A stretch of DNA of 64,000 bases from Lama guanicoe (taxonomy: Eukaryota): assembly GCA_013239625.1 (NCBI GenBank), contig MU053557.1:3378123-3442122 (forward strand). The letters are read 5' to 3'. Positions 42,964 through 56,220 of this stretch are shown one piece after another. Position numbers and translations under genes: made by a program. Every line of letters starts with the position of its first letter. The first letter of the stretch is position 1. Under the pieces are notes generated by a model, which was given only the letters and a program-made list of their open reading frames with translations, had not been told where the DNA came from and made no database searches.

Positions 42964-44863
42964 ATAATTTCTATAATCTGAATGAAATAATGTTTCTGAG
43001 AAAAAAAGTGAAGAAGAATTCAGTGAGGAAGGAGGAGCCAAGAGAAATTAAGGGTAGACAACCAGCTGAAGCTAGAAGTGAAGCTGGAACATGTAGCCAC
43101 GCTTTCACCATCACATCATGAAGAGCTGGAATTAACTCACACATAGAGACCTTGTTCCTAAATCTGAGATGCTCTGGACTCCAAAACGCCCCCTACTCTC
43201 TGCTGAAGAGAGAACCAGCCATTAGGCACAGTGAGTCATGGCACAGCTGTCCACTCTATAAAATCCCACGATGGAAATCAACAGGATGGGAGCGAACTCC
43301 TTCAAAATGTATGCCGGGCCCCTTCTCATGAAGGGATATGTAGTCAATCAGACTGGAGCTTGAATAAGTCATTTTTTGGAAATCACTGGTTGGGGCTGGT
43401 GGATGGCAAAGCACTGTTTTCTATCAAACCCACCTTTCTCAGGGAAACCTTCACTGCCTGCCAGCCTCTCCCATGAGTATCTTTCAGACTCAAGAGTACA
43501 GATAGATGACTTAGGGAAATTAACTGCAATGCTTATGGAATTAACTCCTCTCATTCAGTATCTCTATCTCTTTCTGTCCAGAGTCAGAGATTTCTCTGGT
43601 TTACCACTTTGCCCCCAGTGCTTAGCACTGTGCCTGACAGCAGATATTCAGAAGTCAAATGTTTGCTGAAGTAAGTGAATGGAGCCAACATAACATTTTC
43701 ATTGGCAAGAGAAAAGAACCCCTTAAACCTACAAAATCTTAATGTTGTTCTCCCCAAATATAGACTATTACGAGAGGAGGTGTAATTTACCATTGAGTTA
43801 ATCATAATATTCTTGTTGCCCCATATTAAACTCTGAAGTATAGCATCTAACATAATTTCAAATGTAAACAATTTACATCTGAAATACGTTTTTCCCCAGT
43901 ATTTTCTTTGACTTCCTACTTACCTCTTGGCACAGAAACTAGGAATTACAACTTCTCTTTTAAGATTTTAAAAACGATTTCTATAGACAACTTTGTTAGG
44001 AAGAGCAAACACAAAGGCTCCAATGTTTTGTCTCCACACAGACCCACAAGGAAGATTCTGAGAGCCAGCCATTTCTCTTTGTATAGGAAGCAATCTTTGG
44101 TATTCCAAAGCCCTGGAGAGCTGTCCTATAATATTCTAGGTCATCACAGACTTTGTACAGATAATTATTATATATACTCGATCTGCTTACTCACCATGTA
44201 CCGTGACAGATGACTACTACTACAGCTGCTAATCACGATCATCATTATTATTATTATATTTCGAATGCTCCGAGGTGGGTGTACAAGTCATCTAGTCCAA
44301 CCTCAAAGGTATGACTTATGAACCCTCTTTACAACTTTCCCCACTGGGAAAGACTGCCATGTAAATAATGACCTGCAGGCTTGAAGCTGTAATGAGCACT
44401 GTAACAGAGAAGAAAAACCCAGCACCACTGGAGTACCTCGGGGGAGATCCAACTCCCTGGGGAGGACTAGGACGGCTTCTAACAGAGGGGACGGCTGAGT
44501 GGAGTTTTGAAAGATGAGAGAGGATCTGTCATGTGGTTGAGGAAATAAGGAAGCACTGAAGACATGTTCTATAAGAAGATTTGGTAAGAATTATGGATGT
44601 ACCAAGACGATCGGTTAACTGGCGTTGGGGGGAGGATGCATGAGGAAGAGGAGAAAATTTGGAAAGGGCTCATCTTTATATCTGCTATTAAGCTAATCTC
44701 TAGTCTTACACCTTATGTAAAACATTAAATTTGGGGGAGGAGGGTTTCATATTCTGAGCCGTAGACTGAAAAACTGTTCAGTAATAATTCTACTGAAATC
44801 TTCCTATATATCAAGCACAGTATTTACCAATGCACATATATTCTCTCTCTAAAACATATTCTT

Positions 44864-45198
44864 TTTTTAATTGAAGTACAGTCAGTTACAATGTGTGAAT
44901 CTCTGGTGTACAGCACAATGTCCAAGTCATGCATATACATACATATATTCGTTTTTGTATTCTTTTTCATTAAAGGTTATTACAAGATACTGAATATAGT
45001 TCCCTGTGCTATAAGCAGTAACTTTTTTAAAAAATCTATTTTTATATATAGTGGCTAACATTTATAAATCTCAAAATCCCAAATTCATCCCTTCCCACCC
45101 CTTTTCCCCAGTAGCCATAAGATTGTTTACTATGTCTGCGAATCTGTTTCTGTTTTGTAGATGAGTTCATAGTGTCTTTTTTTTTTTTCGATTCCACA
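44864..45198 (-). mobile_element. 5'-truncated lineage-specific L1 3' end
   Basis: T-tract then ttgaagtacagtcagttacaatgtg L1 terminus; perfect 16-bp TSD TCTAAAACATATTCTT (44848-63, 45199-214). Confidence 0.85.
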
Positions 45199-46179
45199 TC
45201 TAAAACATATTCTTGATGTAGGTATCATTTTCCCACTGTGCAAAAGAAGACGTTAACATTTTAAAATTTGTCCAGTGTTACACAGCTTATATGTTTATGA
45301 GCCATTCATCGATTCAACTGTTTCTTGAGAGCCTACGATGTGTCTGTCAAAATTTAAAATCAGGTCAGCCTGATTCAAAGACATTCGTTTTAACCACTAC
45401 TCAGCCTTGGTCTCTTCTTTAGGATCAGAAAGGGAATATCTTTTTTTCCCCCAGTTTTGATATCTATTATTACCTTGAAAATTCTCAGATGACTCAAAAA
45501 CAAGTCCTGCTCTATAGAAATCAAAGTGTAAGTCCACAAACACATTTCTTGTCCAGAGCATTACAAAGAGCTGACACAAGTCTGTGTTTCATTATTGCAA
45601 CAATGCTCTGAAACCTGACGGAGTTCATCGCTTAGAGCATTTCACTGATAAATCCCATTTTTCAGGGCACTTAAACCCTAGCAGTTAACATTTTTCCTGT
45701 GTAAAATTGGGTATGAGAAGGGAGTACTTTACTCCTGCAAAACGGTGCGCACAAAATAGCTATTAAGTCTTAAATGATCACATAAGATGGATAATTAAAT
45801 AAGACGGGATTTGAAGCCTGGATCTAGGGCTGTGATCGAAAAACTTCCTATACTGTTGACCTGGTTACTTTACACTGAGTCTGACAAAATGTAGCCAATA
45901 GTAATAAACAGTAACCAGAAACATTTCCCTTGTATTCATGCAGATGAGGTAACAGAGACTTAGTGAGGATGAATAACTGACCGTCAGACCAGAGCTGTTA
46001 AGTACTGCACTGGGTGAACATTTAATCCAAGCTGTTTTGACTGTCCAGCCCATTGCCTTCACTCTTTCATGATAGTGCCTCCCTCGGAGGCTGGTGGTGA
46101 AAATTCAGAATAACGAAGAGAAAGGATTTAGCAAGGTCTGCATCAAATAAGAGATCTGTTTTAAAACCAGTTTACTGGC

Positions 46180-46900
46180 CAAATGCCTATTGAACACTTA
46201 ACAGCTGCCAAGCACTGTTCTTGGCACTGAAAAAAGAAATGAAAACAGACATAGATCTCTGGTTCGTGGAGGTAACGTGTTTGCTGGGAGAGGTACACAA
46301 TAAACATGATAAATACATGCATAAGTATTCTGATAGATTATGGCAAAGTTCTATGGAAAAAAAATAATAAAGCACAGACAGTGATGTGAAGGGTCCAGGT
46401 GGCGCTGAGATTTTAGATAAGGGAAAGTCTCACCAAATAGGTGCTATTTGGCTAAAGTCTGAAAAGGGTGAGCCAGGCAGATGCCTAGGGGGAAATGCAT
46501 TCCAGAAGCACCAGGGCAGGTCCAAGAGCTGCACAGTGGGCACAGACATCCAAGTTCTAGGAACTGCAGGAAGCCGGCCAGGCTGGAGGGGATGCGCAAG
46601 CCTGGACAGAAGCCAAGGTGGGAGGGCAAGCGGGTGCAGACCACACTGTGCTTTTTAGGACATTTTACCTCCACTTGGGCTTTTACTCAGAGTGAGGTCC
46701 CGTTGGAGGCTGTGACAGGAGGGGTGCCCTGATCTGACTGAGGTTTTAGCATCGCACTGACTGCAATGGTAATTGTAGAAGAATCTGCAGTAAGAGTGGC
46801 AGTAAGGAGACTGGTTTGGAAACCACTGCAAAAATACAGCTTTTTTAGAGGTGGTGGTGGCTTAGGTCAGGGAGGGAGCTGTGCAGATGGTGGGAGGGGC
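46180..46900 (-). mobile_element. L2 LINE fragment
   Basis: tattgaacacttaacagctgccaagcactgttcttggcactg...ttttagataaggg...gatctgactgaggtttta. Confidence 0.6.
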
Positions 46901-47700
46901 CAGAGATAAGCTGCTGTAATCCTTCTGAAGTCGGTGTTTGGCCAAAATTCTGACCAGTCAATTGTTGAGCTGCGATGCAAAGTCAGAGAGGCCTGAATGA
47001 AATATTAAACCTTTGCTAGAGTGTTTGTCTCTAAAATTTATCAAGCTCCCACTCTAAGAAAGGCATTATGCCAGGCACTGTAGATGAAAGAGACAAGGGT
47101 GAACTGCCCCTTTGAGAGCTTAACTCTATCAGGAGGACAACACAGCACAGCTCGATGTGAAGGCAGAACGTGGCCACAGGCATTCTTCCAATAGATATGG
47201 ATTGAGTGCAGTTTCAGGTGCTGGAGATAGAGCTGCAGACAGAAGAGACAACAATCCCTGCTCTCATGGGGTTTATATTCTAGGAGAGCAAGACAAAAAA
47301 TTAGCAAGCGAAATATATACATTATATAGCATACAAAACGTAACAACGCGGGACTCCATAAAGGTCAACCCCGTATCTGCTCGACACTGTGACGGTAAAA
47401 AATTAGAAACAATATCAGGTCCATGTGAAAGAAACTGGCTTAATAAAGTGGTGTGTCCAGTCTACACAGTGGTATGCAATGGTTAAATAATATATAAGCA
47501 GACTATAATGAACCAATGAGACTAGCTGTACTTCAAGACATATTACTGAGTCAAAAGAGCAAGACGAGGAATGAAATACCAAGTGTAATTTTTTTGTATC
47601 TACACACATATGCACTTCTATGTGCACACGAGGCCACAGCATATTTTGCAAAGATACAGGTGAAGGGTTCCACCTCATTCTGGGATCAAAAATGCTTTGT

Positions 47701-47756
47701 ATACTGTGCTGTACACCAGAAACTGACACATTGTAACTGACTATACTTCAAAAAAA
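47701..47756 (+). mobile_element. Very short L1 3' tail
   Basis: tgctgtacaccagaaactgacacattgtaactgactatacttcaaaaaaa, same terminus as the element at 44864. Confidence 0.7.
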
Positions 47757-49164
47757 GTATTCCTAGATGCTTCCCATCATTTACTTCAAACCCTCTGGGG
47801 AATGTTGCTCTGACCCTTCCCGTCTCAACCCTGGGTCAGCATGCAGGTGATCCTGCGGAGCTGCGGCAGGGGCACCACTGCAAGACACACTGGGGCATCC
47901 TCTGTGTGATCAGCCCCACCCTGACGACAGCTCTGATGATGACATACTTTGATCTGCTTCTGGAAAAGCTGAGACCCTCGGAGTGGACAGGTCGGTCCTG
48001 GGTGAAAACAAGATCTCTTCTCTTTTCTGCCTCCCAGGATGCCCATGGGGGGTTGGGGGTGACTGGAGCCTCATTCTGGCCACCTTCCTCCCCCTCTTTT
48101 GTCAACATCTGGCCCAGTGTCTCACTCCTCTCAGCCTTCCCAAGATCAGTAAACGTGATAAACCACCGCTGCCAACGTGCTATAGCAGATAAGGTCTGTG
48201 TGGACAGACTCTCCCATCCCCCTGATACGTGAGTTTTATTTTAAAAAGGCGTTTAGGAGACACAAGCATTGCATGAGACTTTATCTGAGGAAACTAGCGT
48301 TACCCGTAAACCACCGTACATAAATTCAATTGTTAAAATGATTAACTCTCCTACCTTCTCCACTGTACACAGATTCAACGTTATTGTTATTATTAACCTT
48401 CTCACCTCCTCCATGGTATACAGATTGGGAAATGCTATTAATAAACCCCCCTCCCCGAGCCCTGCTCCTTCTGTCACTGGGAAGATATTTGCATGAACTG
48501 TGTGTGCTAAGCTTAAAAGGCCGAGGATTTTTAATCTTCCCTATTCCTGGTATTGCCTAACATTCTTTCTCCTTTTTTTCCACAAATTGATAAGTCCACA
48601 AAGTGTCTGAACATGCTTTATCTCATGTAAAATTCACAAAGAGACTCTGAGACAGATACTACGCTCCCCACTTTAGAGATGTGAAATTGGGGCTCAGAAA
48701 CATGAAGCCAGTTACCCAAGCTGCTACAAAGCTGGGATGTAGCCAAATGCTGTATTGATGTATCACCACCGAAGCTTAGCCACATAGACTTTTTCTCCTA
48801 CAGCCTCACCCAGAAGAGGGGAGTGTTTTTCCCTCTGTCTGCTCAAGGACACAGGACGGTGCTGGCTGATCAGTGGAGAAAGGGGCACTGGGGCTGCAGT
48901 GAATACAAGGGCCTTGTGATGGTCCACACCTGTGTGAGGGGATGCTGATGTGCTGCACCTGTGCCTCTGGACTTTGCACATCCTGTGTCTCTTCATTCCT
49001 ATGTTTCCCTGCACATGCGTCTATTTCTGTGTCCTTCTTTCAAGCCATTGAACAGAAGACCCCCTCCTGCCTCAGGGCCTTTACACATACCACTCCCTCT
49101 GCAGGGTCCTCTCTTCCTTAGAGTCTAATGATCTCAGCTCAAGTGTAACTGACTCACGGAAGCT

Positions 49165-49612
49165 GTTGTAGATTGAGCTGTGTTTCCTAAAAAAGATACG
49201 GTTAAACCTAAACTCCTGGTACCTCTGAATGTGACCTTGTTTGGAAACAGGGTCTTTGCAAACATAACCAAGTTAAGATGAGGTCATACTAGATTCGAGT
49301 GGGCCCTAATCCAATGACTTTCAAAAAAATGGAATATTTACACACAAACACCCACACACAAAGGAAAGAACACCTGGAAGACAGAAGCAGAGATTGGAGT
49401 GATGCGTCCTACAAACGAAGGAACACAAAGGGCTGACAGCAACGACCAGAAGCTCGGAGAGAGGCGTGAAGAAGTCTCCTCAGAACCTCCAGAGCGAGCC
49501 AGCTCTGTTAATAGCTGGATTTCACATCACTGGCTTCCAGAACTATAAGAGAATACATTTCTGTCGTTTTTTGCCACCAACTTTGTGGTCATCACGGCAG
49601 TCCTAGGGAAGC
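49165..49612 (+). mobile_element. MaLR LTR (MLT1-type)
   Basis: gaatgtgaccttgtttggaaacagggtctttgca...aagatgaggtcatac...ccagaactataagagaatacatttctgt. Confidence 0.82.
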
Positions 49613-50394
49613 CTTCCTGGCTTTCAGAACAGGACGGGTTCGTCTCACGCATGTTTCCATAGCATCAGCTATTTTTCTCTAAATAGCATTGTATCACAGC
49701 TTGTGGTTATGTATTTGCTTGACTTTTTGGATCAATATTTAACCCCCACTAAAATGGAAGCCCTATGAAAGCGGATAGCGTTGGGTTTTGCTCACCAAAG
49801 TGAGCAAAAAACCCCAGCAGTGACTAGCATAAGAACAGCAAAGTATACAGTGAATATTTTTTAAATGAAAAAAAAGAGTGAATGAATGATTAGATTGTTG
49901 AATAGCAAAAAGAGAGGACAGCACTTGTAACTCTGGCCCAGGAGTATAGGAAAGGCATCCATCTGAAAGCAAAACAAAGCTCTCTGTTTCCTCTCGATCT
50001 CTGTCTCTCTGATTTCTTGCTGCTGTCAAGTTAGATTCAGAACATTTGTATTTGTAAAAGTCTGTGGGAACTGATAAGATTGACAAAACAGCTCATGATA
50101 ACAGGGAAAACTGTCAACACCAACACTGATGACAAATATTGTAAAACTGCGGGAAAATGAGCACAAATGATTTCTTTCTGTAAGTTTAAGTGGATGCTTT
50201 TTTTCACTTGCTGTATCAAACAGTTCAGTAATAATTATTTGCACCATCAATTTTGTATACAGTCTAAAATGGCAGACAACTTTTACTTAATGAAAACAGT
50301 AGAAGTCATATATATTTTTCCTGTCTTTAGTGATAGCTATTTATAAACATAATCACAAACTCGTATTTCTTAACAAGTACAGAAAAGTGATGTT

Positions 50395-50620
50395 GCATTA
50401 CAGTTAAGGGCAAGAGCTCTGGGATCAGACCTCAGGCTTAAAGACCAGCTCTAACCACTTAGGGTGTGACCTTGGACACATTACTTAACTTCTCTCCGCC
50501 CAGCTTTTAATTTCTGTCTCATAGGTTGTTGGATGGATCAAATAAGCTAATACATGCAAATACATACAAGAGTAATTGGCACATAGTAAAACTCAACACA
50601 TTTTAGCATTATGATTACTG
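50395..50620 (+). mobile_element. MIR SINE
   Basis: tgtgaccttggacacattacttaacttctct...tggcacatagtaaa. Confidence 0.68.
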
Positions 50621-51390
50621 TTAGACAGCTGACATTTGATGAGACCATGGCGAGCAGTCATTGAAATAATCTCATCCATTTATGTCATAGCTACAAATTA
50701 CAAGCCATTTTCCTTGTTCATCTTTCAGAATTAAAAAGCAATGCACAAAATTGACTGGTGAATGATGCGTGGGGTTAGGGATGGGAAAGAGACTTTGCAA
50801 ACACATTTCTTTGTAATAAAAAGTGTTGAAAGCTTAATTAATCTTTTTATTTTTGCCAAGGGGGCAGGGGGTATAAAATGTCAAAAACGGAATTAAAATT
50901 AGTAAACCCTATTTCCATTCTCCTAAAGCCATTAATTTATTTTTATGGTAATCTTTTAAGTTCAAAATTTTGCTCTTTAGTCATAGTCCTGTCAAGTCAA
51001 AATTTCAAAGGACTTAAAAACTCAGGTTAATAGAATGATTTAAATGGTTTAAAGACTCAGAACTACAACTAATTTGAGGGTTGAACTTCTAAACATACAA
51101 ATCAGATTTCAGTAGAAAATCAAATCCATTAAGTACCTATCTGAGGTGTTTGCTCCTTCTCAAAGGAATACTTTCTTCTAACACCACTTACAATAACTCA
51201 TTTGCTAAAGAATTCTATGGCCAATTAATTAATACATTTAAACTGATGATCAGAATAGCCACACTAGAATTTAGTTCTTCTCTTGATGCCAAGTAAGAGC
51301 ACCCTCATTGAACCTCAGATTTAATGTTGATTTGTCTGCTGCATTTGCAACCACCTACATTGGAAAAATATTGAGGTTTAAAAAATCCCT

Positions 51391-51495
51391 GAGGGACAGG
51401 GGTACAGCTCAGTGGCAAAGAACATGCTTAGTATGCACGAGGTCCTGGGTTCAAGCCCCAGTACCTCCGTTAAAAATAATAATTAAAAAAATAAA
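51391..51495 (+). mobile_element. tRNA-derived SINE, camelid vic-1 type
   Basis: gtacagctcagtggc...atgcttagtatgcacgaggtcctgggttcaagccccagtacctcc followed by A-rich tail. Confidence 0.82.
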
Positions 51496-52381
51496 ATTCC
51501 TTTAGTGTTCTATTTTGACCAGAGAAGATAAAGTTCATTCGAGAGGGATGCCAGCAGCTCGTTATTTTGAAAGCTGTTTCCCATCATGCCTTTGTGGCTA
51601 ACTTTGGGATTACATTCTGATTATGGGCAGCTAAAATAGAAATAGGTCTCCTCAGTGGGCTGTCTACATCATAAGCAGTCATTATCCCAGGCCACAACTT
51701 CCTGAGAGATGGAGAGGGCATGGCAGGAAAACGAGCCACCCCAACAAGATGCCTACGGACCCTATCACTGTCTAGAAAATGGACAGGCTCTGCTGGTCAA
51801 AGCCACTGTCCGTCATTCTCCCCCACTCCCTCTGCAGCTTTTGCAGTCTGGTGTGTCATCTGGCCTCTTGTGCCTCCCTGAATGTGCCTTCAGGTTGTAT
51901 CTCCTCTGGAGACTGCCTCTGTCTCAGGCTTTTCTAATCTCTTAGTATTTGTTCAAATTCATTCTTATTTGTTGCTCAGAGTCAGAGTTCAACTTTGAAA
52001 GAAAAAATACAGTAAAGATGGAAACAACGGTTCAGTGAAAGAAAACAAAACACTAAATTGTTTTGACTGGCACAGAAGTGAATTTTTAAGTCTTCTTGGT
52101 CTTTTGACCAAAGTAATGCATATACGTGGCTCAGAGCTTATCAAATTGTGACAAATGTGTTTGTTTAAGGTTCTACAATGGAGGCTGAGTAACTTGAAGG
52201 CACAGTATAAAACAGAAGGACGGGCAAGCAAGCCAAGTTGTTTTATTACGTGACCACTCTTAGATACAGCACCAGAAGGATCTTCTCCCCTCCTTCTCAA
52301 GTTTAGACTGCGGATGAGCACTCGTGATCAAGTTAGAATCAAACCAAGCTGAAGACATGATAAGTATTAACACTCAGAACT

Positions 52382-53175
52382 CTTTTTTTTTATTGAAGTA
52401 CAGTTGATTTTCAATATTATATTAACTTCAGGGGTACAATGTAGTGATTCAATATTTTTATAGATTATACTCCATTTAAAGTTATTATAAAATAACGGCT
52501 ATATTTCCCCATGTTGTTCAGTATGTTATTTATTTTATACATGGTGGTTTGTACCTCTTAATCCTTTACCCCTATCTTGTCCCTCCCACCTCCCCTCTCC
52601 CCACTGGTAACACTAATTTGTTCTCTACCTCTGCGAGTTTGTTTCTGTTTTGTTATAGTCATTCGTTTGGTTTATATTTTATACTCCACTCATAAATGAT
52701 ATCATACAGTATTTGTTTCTCTTTGACTTATTTCACTAAGCATAATAAACTTTAAGTACGTTCAGGTTGTTGCAAATGGCAGAATTTCATACACTTTTTT
52801 ATGTTTGAGTACTATTCCACTATATATATTTATGTGTATATATATGTCACATCTTCTTTATCCATTCGTCTGACAGCACTTAGTTTCCTTCCAAATCTCT
52901 GCTATTGTAAATAATGCTGCTATGAACATGGGTGTGCATGTATCTTTTCAGATTAGTGTTTTTGTTCTCTTCAGATAAATACTTGGGAGTGGGGATTGCG
53001 GGATCATATGGTAGTTGTACTTTTAATTTTTTTTAACACTTTTTATTGATTTATAATCATTTTACAATGTTGTACTTTTAATTTTTTGAGAGAATTCCAT
53101 ACTGTTTTCCATAGTGGCTGCACCGACTGACATTCCCATCAACAGTGTTACTAGGGATCCCTTTTCTCCGCATCA
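52382..53175 (-). mobile_element. L1 3' region (ORF2 end and 3' UTR) with a nested short L1 tail
   Basis: poly-T start; motifs gctattgtaaataatgctgctatgaacat and ccatactgttttccatagtggctgcacc. Confidence 0.85.
53033..53068 (-). mobile_element. Ultra-short L1 3' tail nested in the older L1
   Basis: Minus strand attgtaaaatgattataaatcaataaaaagtgttaa between 19-bp direct repeats (53014-32, 53069-87). Confidence 0.7.
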
Positions 53176-55699
53176 ACACTGAAGACACTGACGGAGTAAT
53201 TTTTGTACTAAATTGGGCAGTTTATAGATGGTTACCAATTCGATTAAATTAACTGCTCTTTAACACAAGCTTAAATGAAGAAAAGCTTATATGGTGGTTG
53301 AGAGGATAAAAAAGAAAAGCAAAATGGCACCAGTTGCCAGGTTTCCTTCCACACTCACTCCACAATGGAAAAGACTCTCGAGGATGTGGGCTTTTCCCCC
53401 TTAGATTCAAGGTGGGCGAAACTTAACGATGGTTTCCCCTAGTTTGCAGTTTGGCTACACCAGTTCTCAGATTTCCTCTCTAGAGAAAGCCAGATGAGTA
53501 GGATCCCTTCTTAGGGTACTACCTAACAGAAACAGCACTTTCCAACTGCAGCAGCCCTAGCCTGTGCCCCAGGCCTAGGTGTTTATGGTTCCCACCCCCC
53601 CAGCTTCTGACCTGCAAAGCAAGGCTTGCTTCTCTCTTCCCCTGTCCTTACAGAAGTGGAGGATGTACCTTTGCGTGTGATGGGGTAGGGGAAGCAGAGA
53701 AAGGGGAGAGAGACAGAGAGAGAAGTACCTCAGGGACCTTTGTCTTCATTTAAGCTCAGGTACTGAATACTGATTTACAGGAATTGAGGACTAACTTCTG
53801 GCACAGCTGCTAGACTTAGACTGAGACATAAATTATATAACTCAAAACAGTTTCTTCCTGACAAAGTTATGCTGAATAATACAAGGTTCTATTATGTTAT
53901 ACGTTTTAAAGCCACAATGGATCCAGTATCTAACATCTGAATATAATATTATATTACTTGCTTCCATTTCAAAGGAGAGATGAAAACAAAACAATATTCT
54001 ATGGAGATCTTCCCAATATACAGGCTACTACCTCTCTTAACTTTCCTTATCCCGACAAAAGTTAGGTGATTACACAAAGAACGTTAAGACAAATCCCTAT
54101 GGAGGTCGAACAAAATTCAGTAAGCAGATAACAAATGTCAGTGATGCCCAAGACTTTTTTCCATATGAAACGAGATTTACAGAGACTATTGCACAGCTTC
54201 AGAGGATGTTATTCGTGTATGTTTCCTAGTGCTGTGCAAAGTGGTGTTACAAAAATACATACAGTACGGTCTTTCCCTGGTGCACAGTGGCCCATAGAAT
54301 GATGACTACATTTCAGCATTAAAAGCTCTTTGCAATCTGGTCCAAATCTCATTTATCAAAATTTGTGTAATCTAAGATTTGGCTCTACAGGATCTATTTG
54401 CTACCCTTTCACTGTAATTATCTTATATTTTTCCACCCCTCCTGCCTTTGCTCACACTGTGACCCCAGCAGATAATACATATATATCTCCAACTATTACA
54501 CACGGCAGGGAAAACACCAGGGTATACCAAGCTTGTGCTGTTGGTAAAGGAAATAGAAGAAAACAGAGCTGGAAAGGTAATTTAGGCCAGTTAAAGGTTG
54601 TATTTAGTAGGGTTCACGGGGTTTGCTGATGGTTTGAACAGGTGCCTGACATGAGCAGAGCTGCATATTACTAGGACAAATGAGTTATGGTAAGAAATTT
54701 ATTGCAGCTGTTAAACAAGACAGAGTCAGGATCCAGCCTCAGTGGACATGGAGAAGGACAGATGTAGAGAGATTTCCAGGTAATAAAAGATAATTGACAG
54801 ACACATTCTGGGAAGTTGTCTACCTTGGTAAAGAGAATAATTAGAGGAGTCTTCTAAGAATAAAACCAGGACACAGAGAGTAGGTAGAAAGACAAGTGAG
54901 GTGGGAACAGGGCTGAGGGGCTTGGGTGACGCAGCGGAATTAAAGGGAATTTCTTTTCTATCCATACAGTGAACTAGTTTTCTTGAATATTTTACACACT
55001 TAAAAAATGACCTAAAATGTATAGATTAACCACAATGGCAGCAGCCAGTAACAGAATGAAAACAGGACGCCAGCAACGTAAACCACCACCCCAGACGGCT
55101 TCATCCTAGGGGCATGTGTCAAAACATGACGACTCGTGGGCACTGGGGACAGGAAAGAAACCCTAGTGTTTGCCCTGAGTAAGGCCTTACTTTTGGATGA
55201 AGGAGCCTGTGTAAAATTTCCAAAGAGAGGTAAAAATCAACCTGCTCTGCCAGAAGAATACTAAGGCAAAATGTCTACTTCAAACTTGTTGATGTGTAAA
55301 GAAGAAGAAAAACCATTCCCTGAGACACAGCCACAAGTCATCCTTCATGCGGATGGACGGGTGGCCGGAATGTATGCTTCCTGTGCTTAGCCACCTGTGG
55401 TAGTCAAAAACATGCTGGTTGAAAAACCAGTGCTCCAAGTGAACAGAGAGGAGCAAACTCAAAACCTCTTGGAGAAGCATACCTTTAACAGAGCTCAGAA
55501 AGTTACCCCAGGTGAAATTCCAAGATAGAAGACGGTCACTTTGCCACCAGGGACTGGTTTGTGGTTGAGTGGTAACGGCAGAGTACTTGAAAGATAAAGA
55601 GAACGCTAATCCTTTATCATACCGTCTTAGTGCAAGTAAGATGAAAGCAGTCCACTGGAAAAGTGAGGAGAGAATCTTCTTATTAGCCCAAGTTAGGCT

Positions 55700-56220
55700 T
55701 CAAAGACTCTGAAACCTACTGCCCACCCATGCTCCTTGCCCACAACCTCCATATTCTTCTAACAACAGAACCCCCTTCGGGGAAACGTCCCATTTCCATT
55801 CTCAGTTCAGCTGACTTCAGTAGAGGCAGCTGCCTTCCCCCTCTGCCTCTCTCCTACTTGCCTGGCAAGCTCTGGTACGTGATCTAGAACTGACCACAGC
55901 AACTGGTTCTAGGATGTCTAGTGAAAATTCCCAGACTTTTGCTGGAATTATTTCGCTTGAGTCGAGGGAACGTCGGTCTGGATCTGGTAGTGGTTACCTT
56001 GCCAACGCAAGTGAAGCGCTCACACAGAGAGCACAGTAGAACCCAAGAGGGAGGAAGACAGAATCAATCAGCAAGACAGAACCCTGAGAGAGAAACATAT
56101 GTGAGTAGAGCTCTCTCTCCAGTCTTTCCATTTACATGACATAATACATCATCTTTACTGCTTATATCAGGATGAGTTGTGTTTCTGTCGCTTGCAAAAG
56201 AATAACTCCTGACAAATGCA
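55700..56220 (+). mobile_element. Old MaLR LTR (MLT1J/K-like), degraded
   Basis: 3' motif gagttgtgtttctgtcgcttgcaaaag...cctgacaaatgca; boundaries approximate. Confidence 0.5.
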
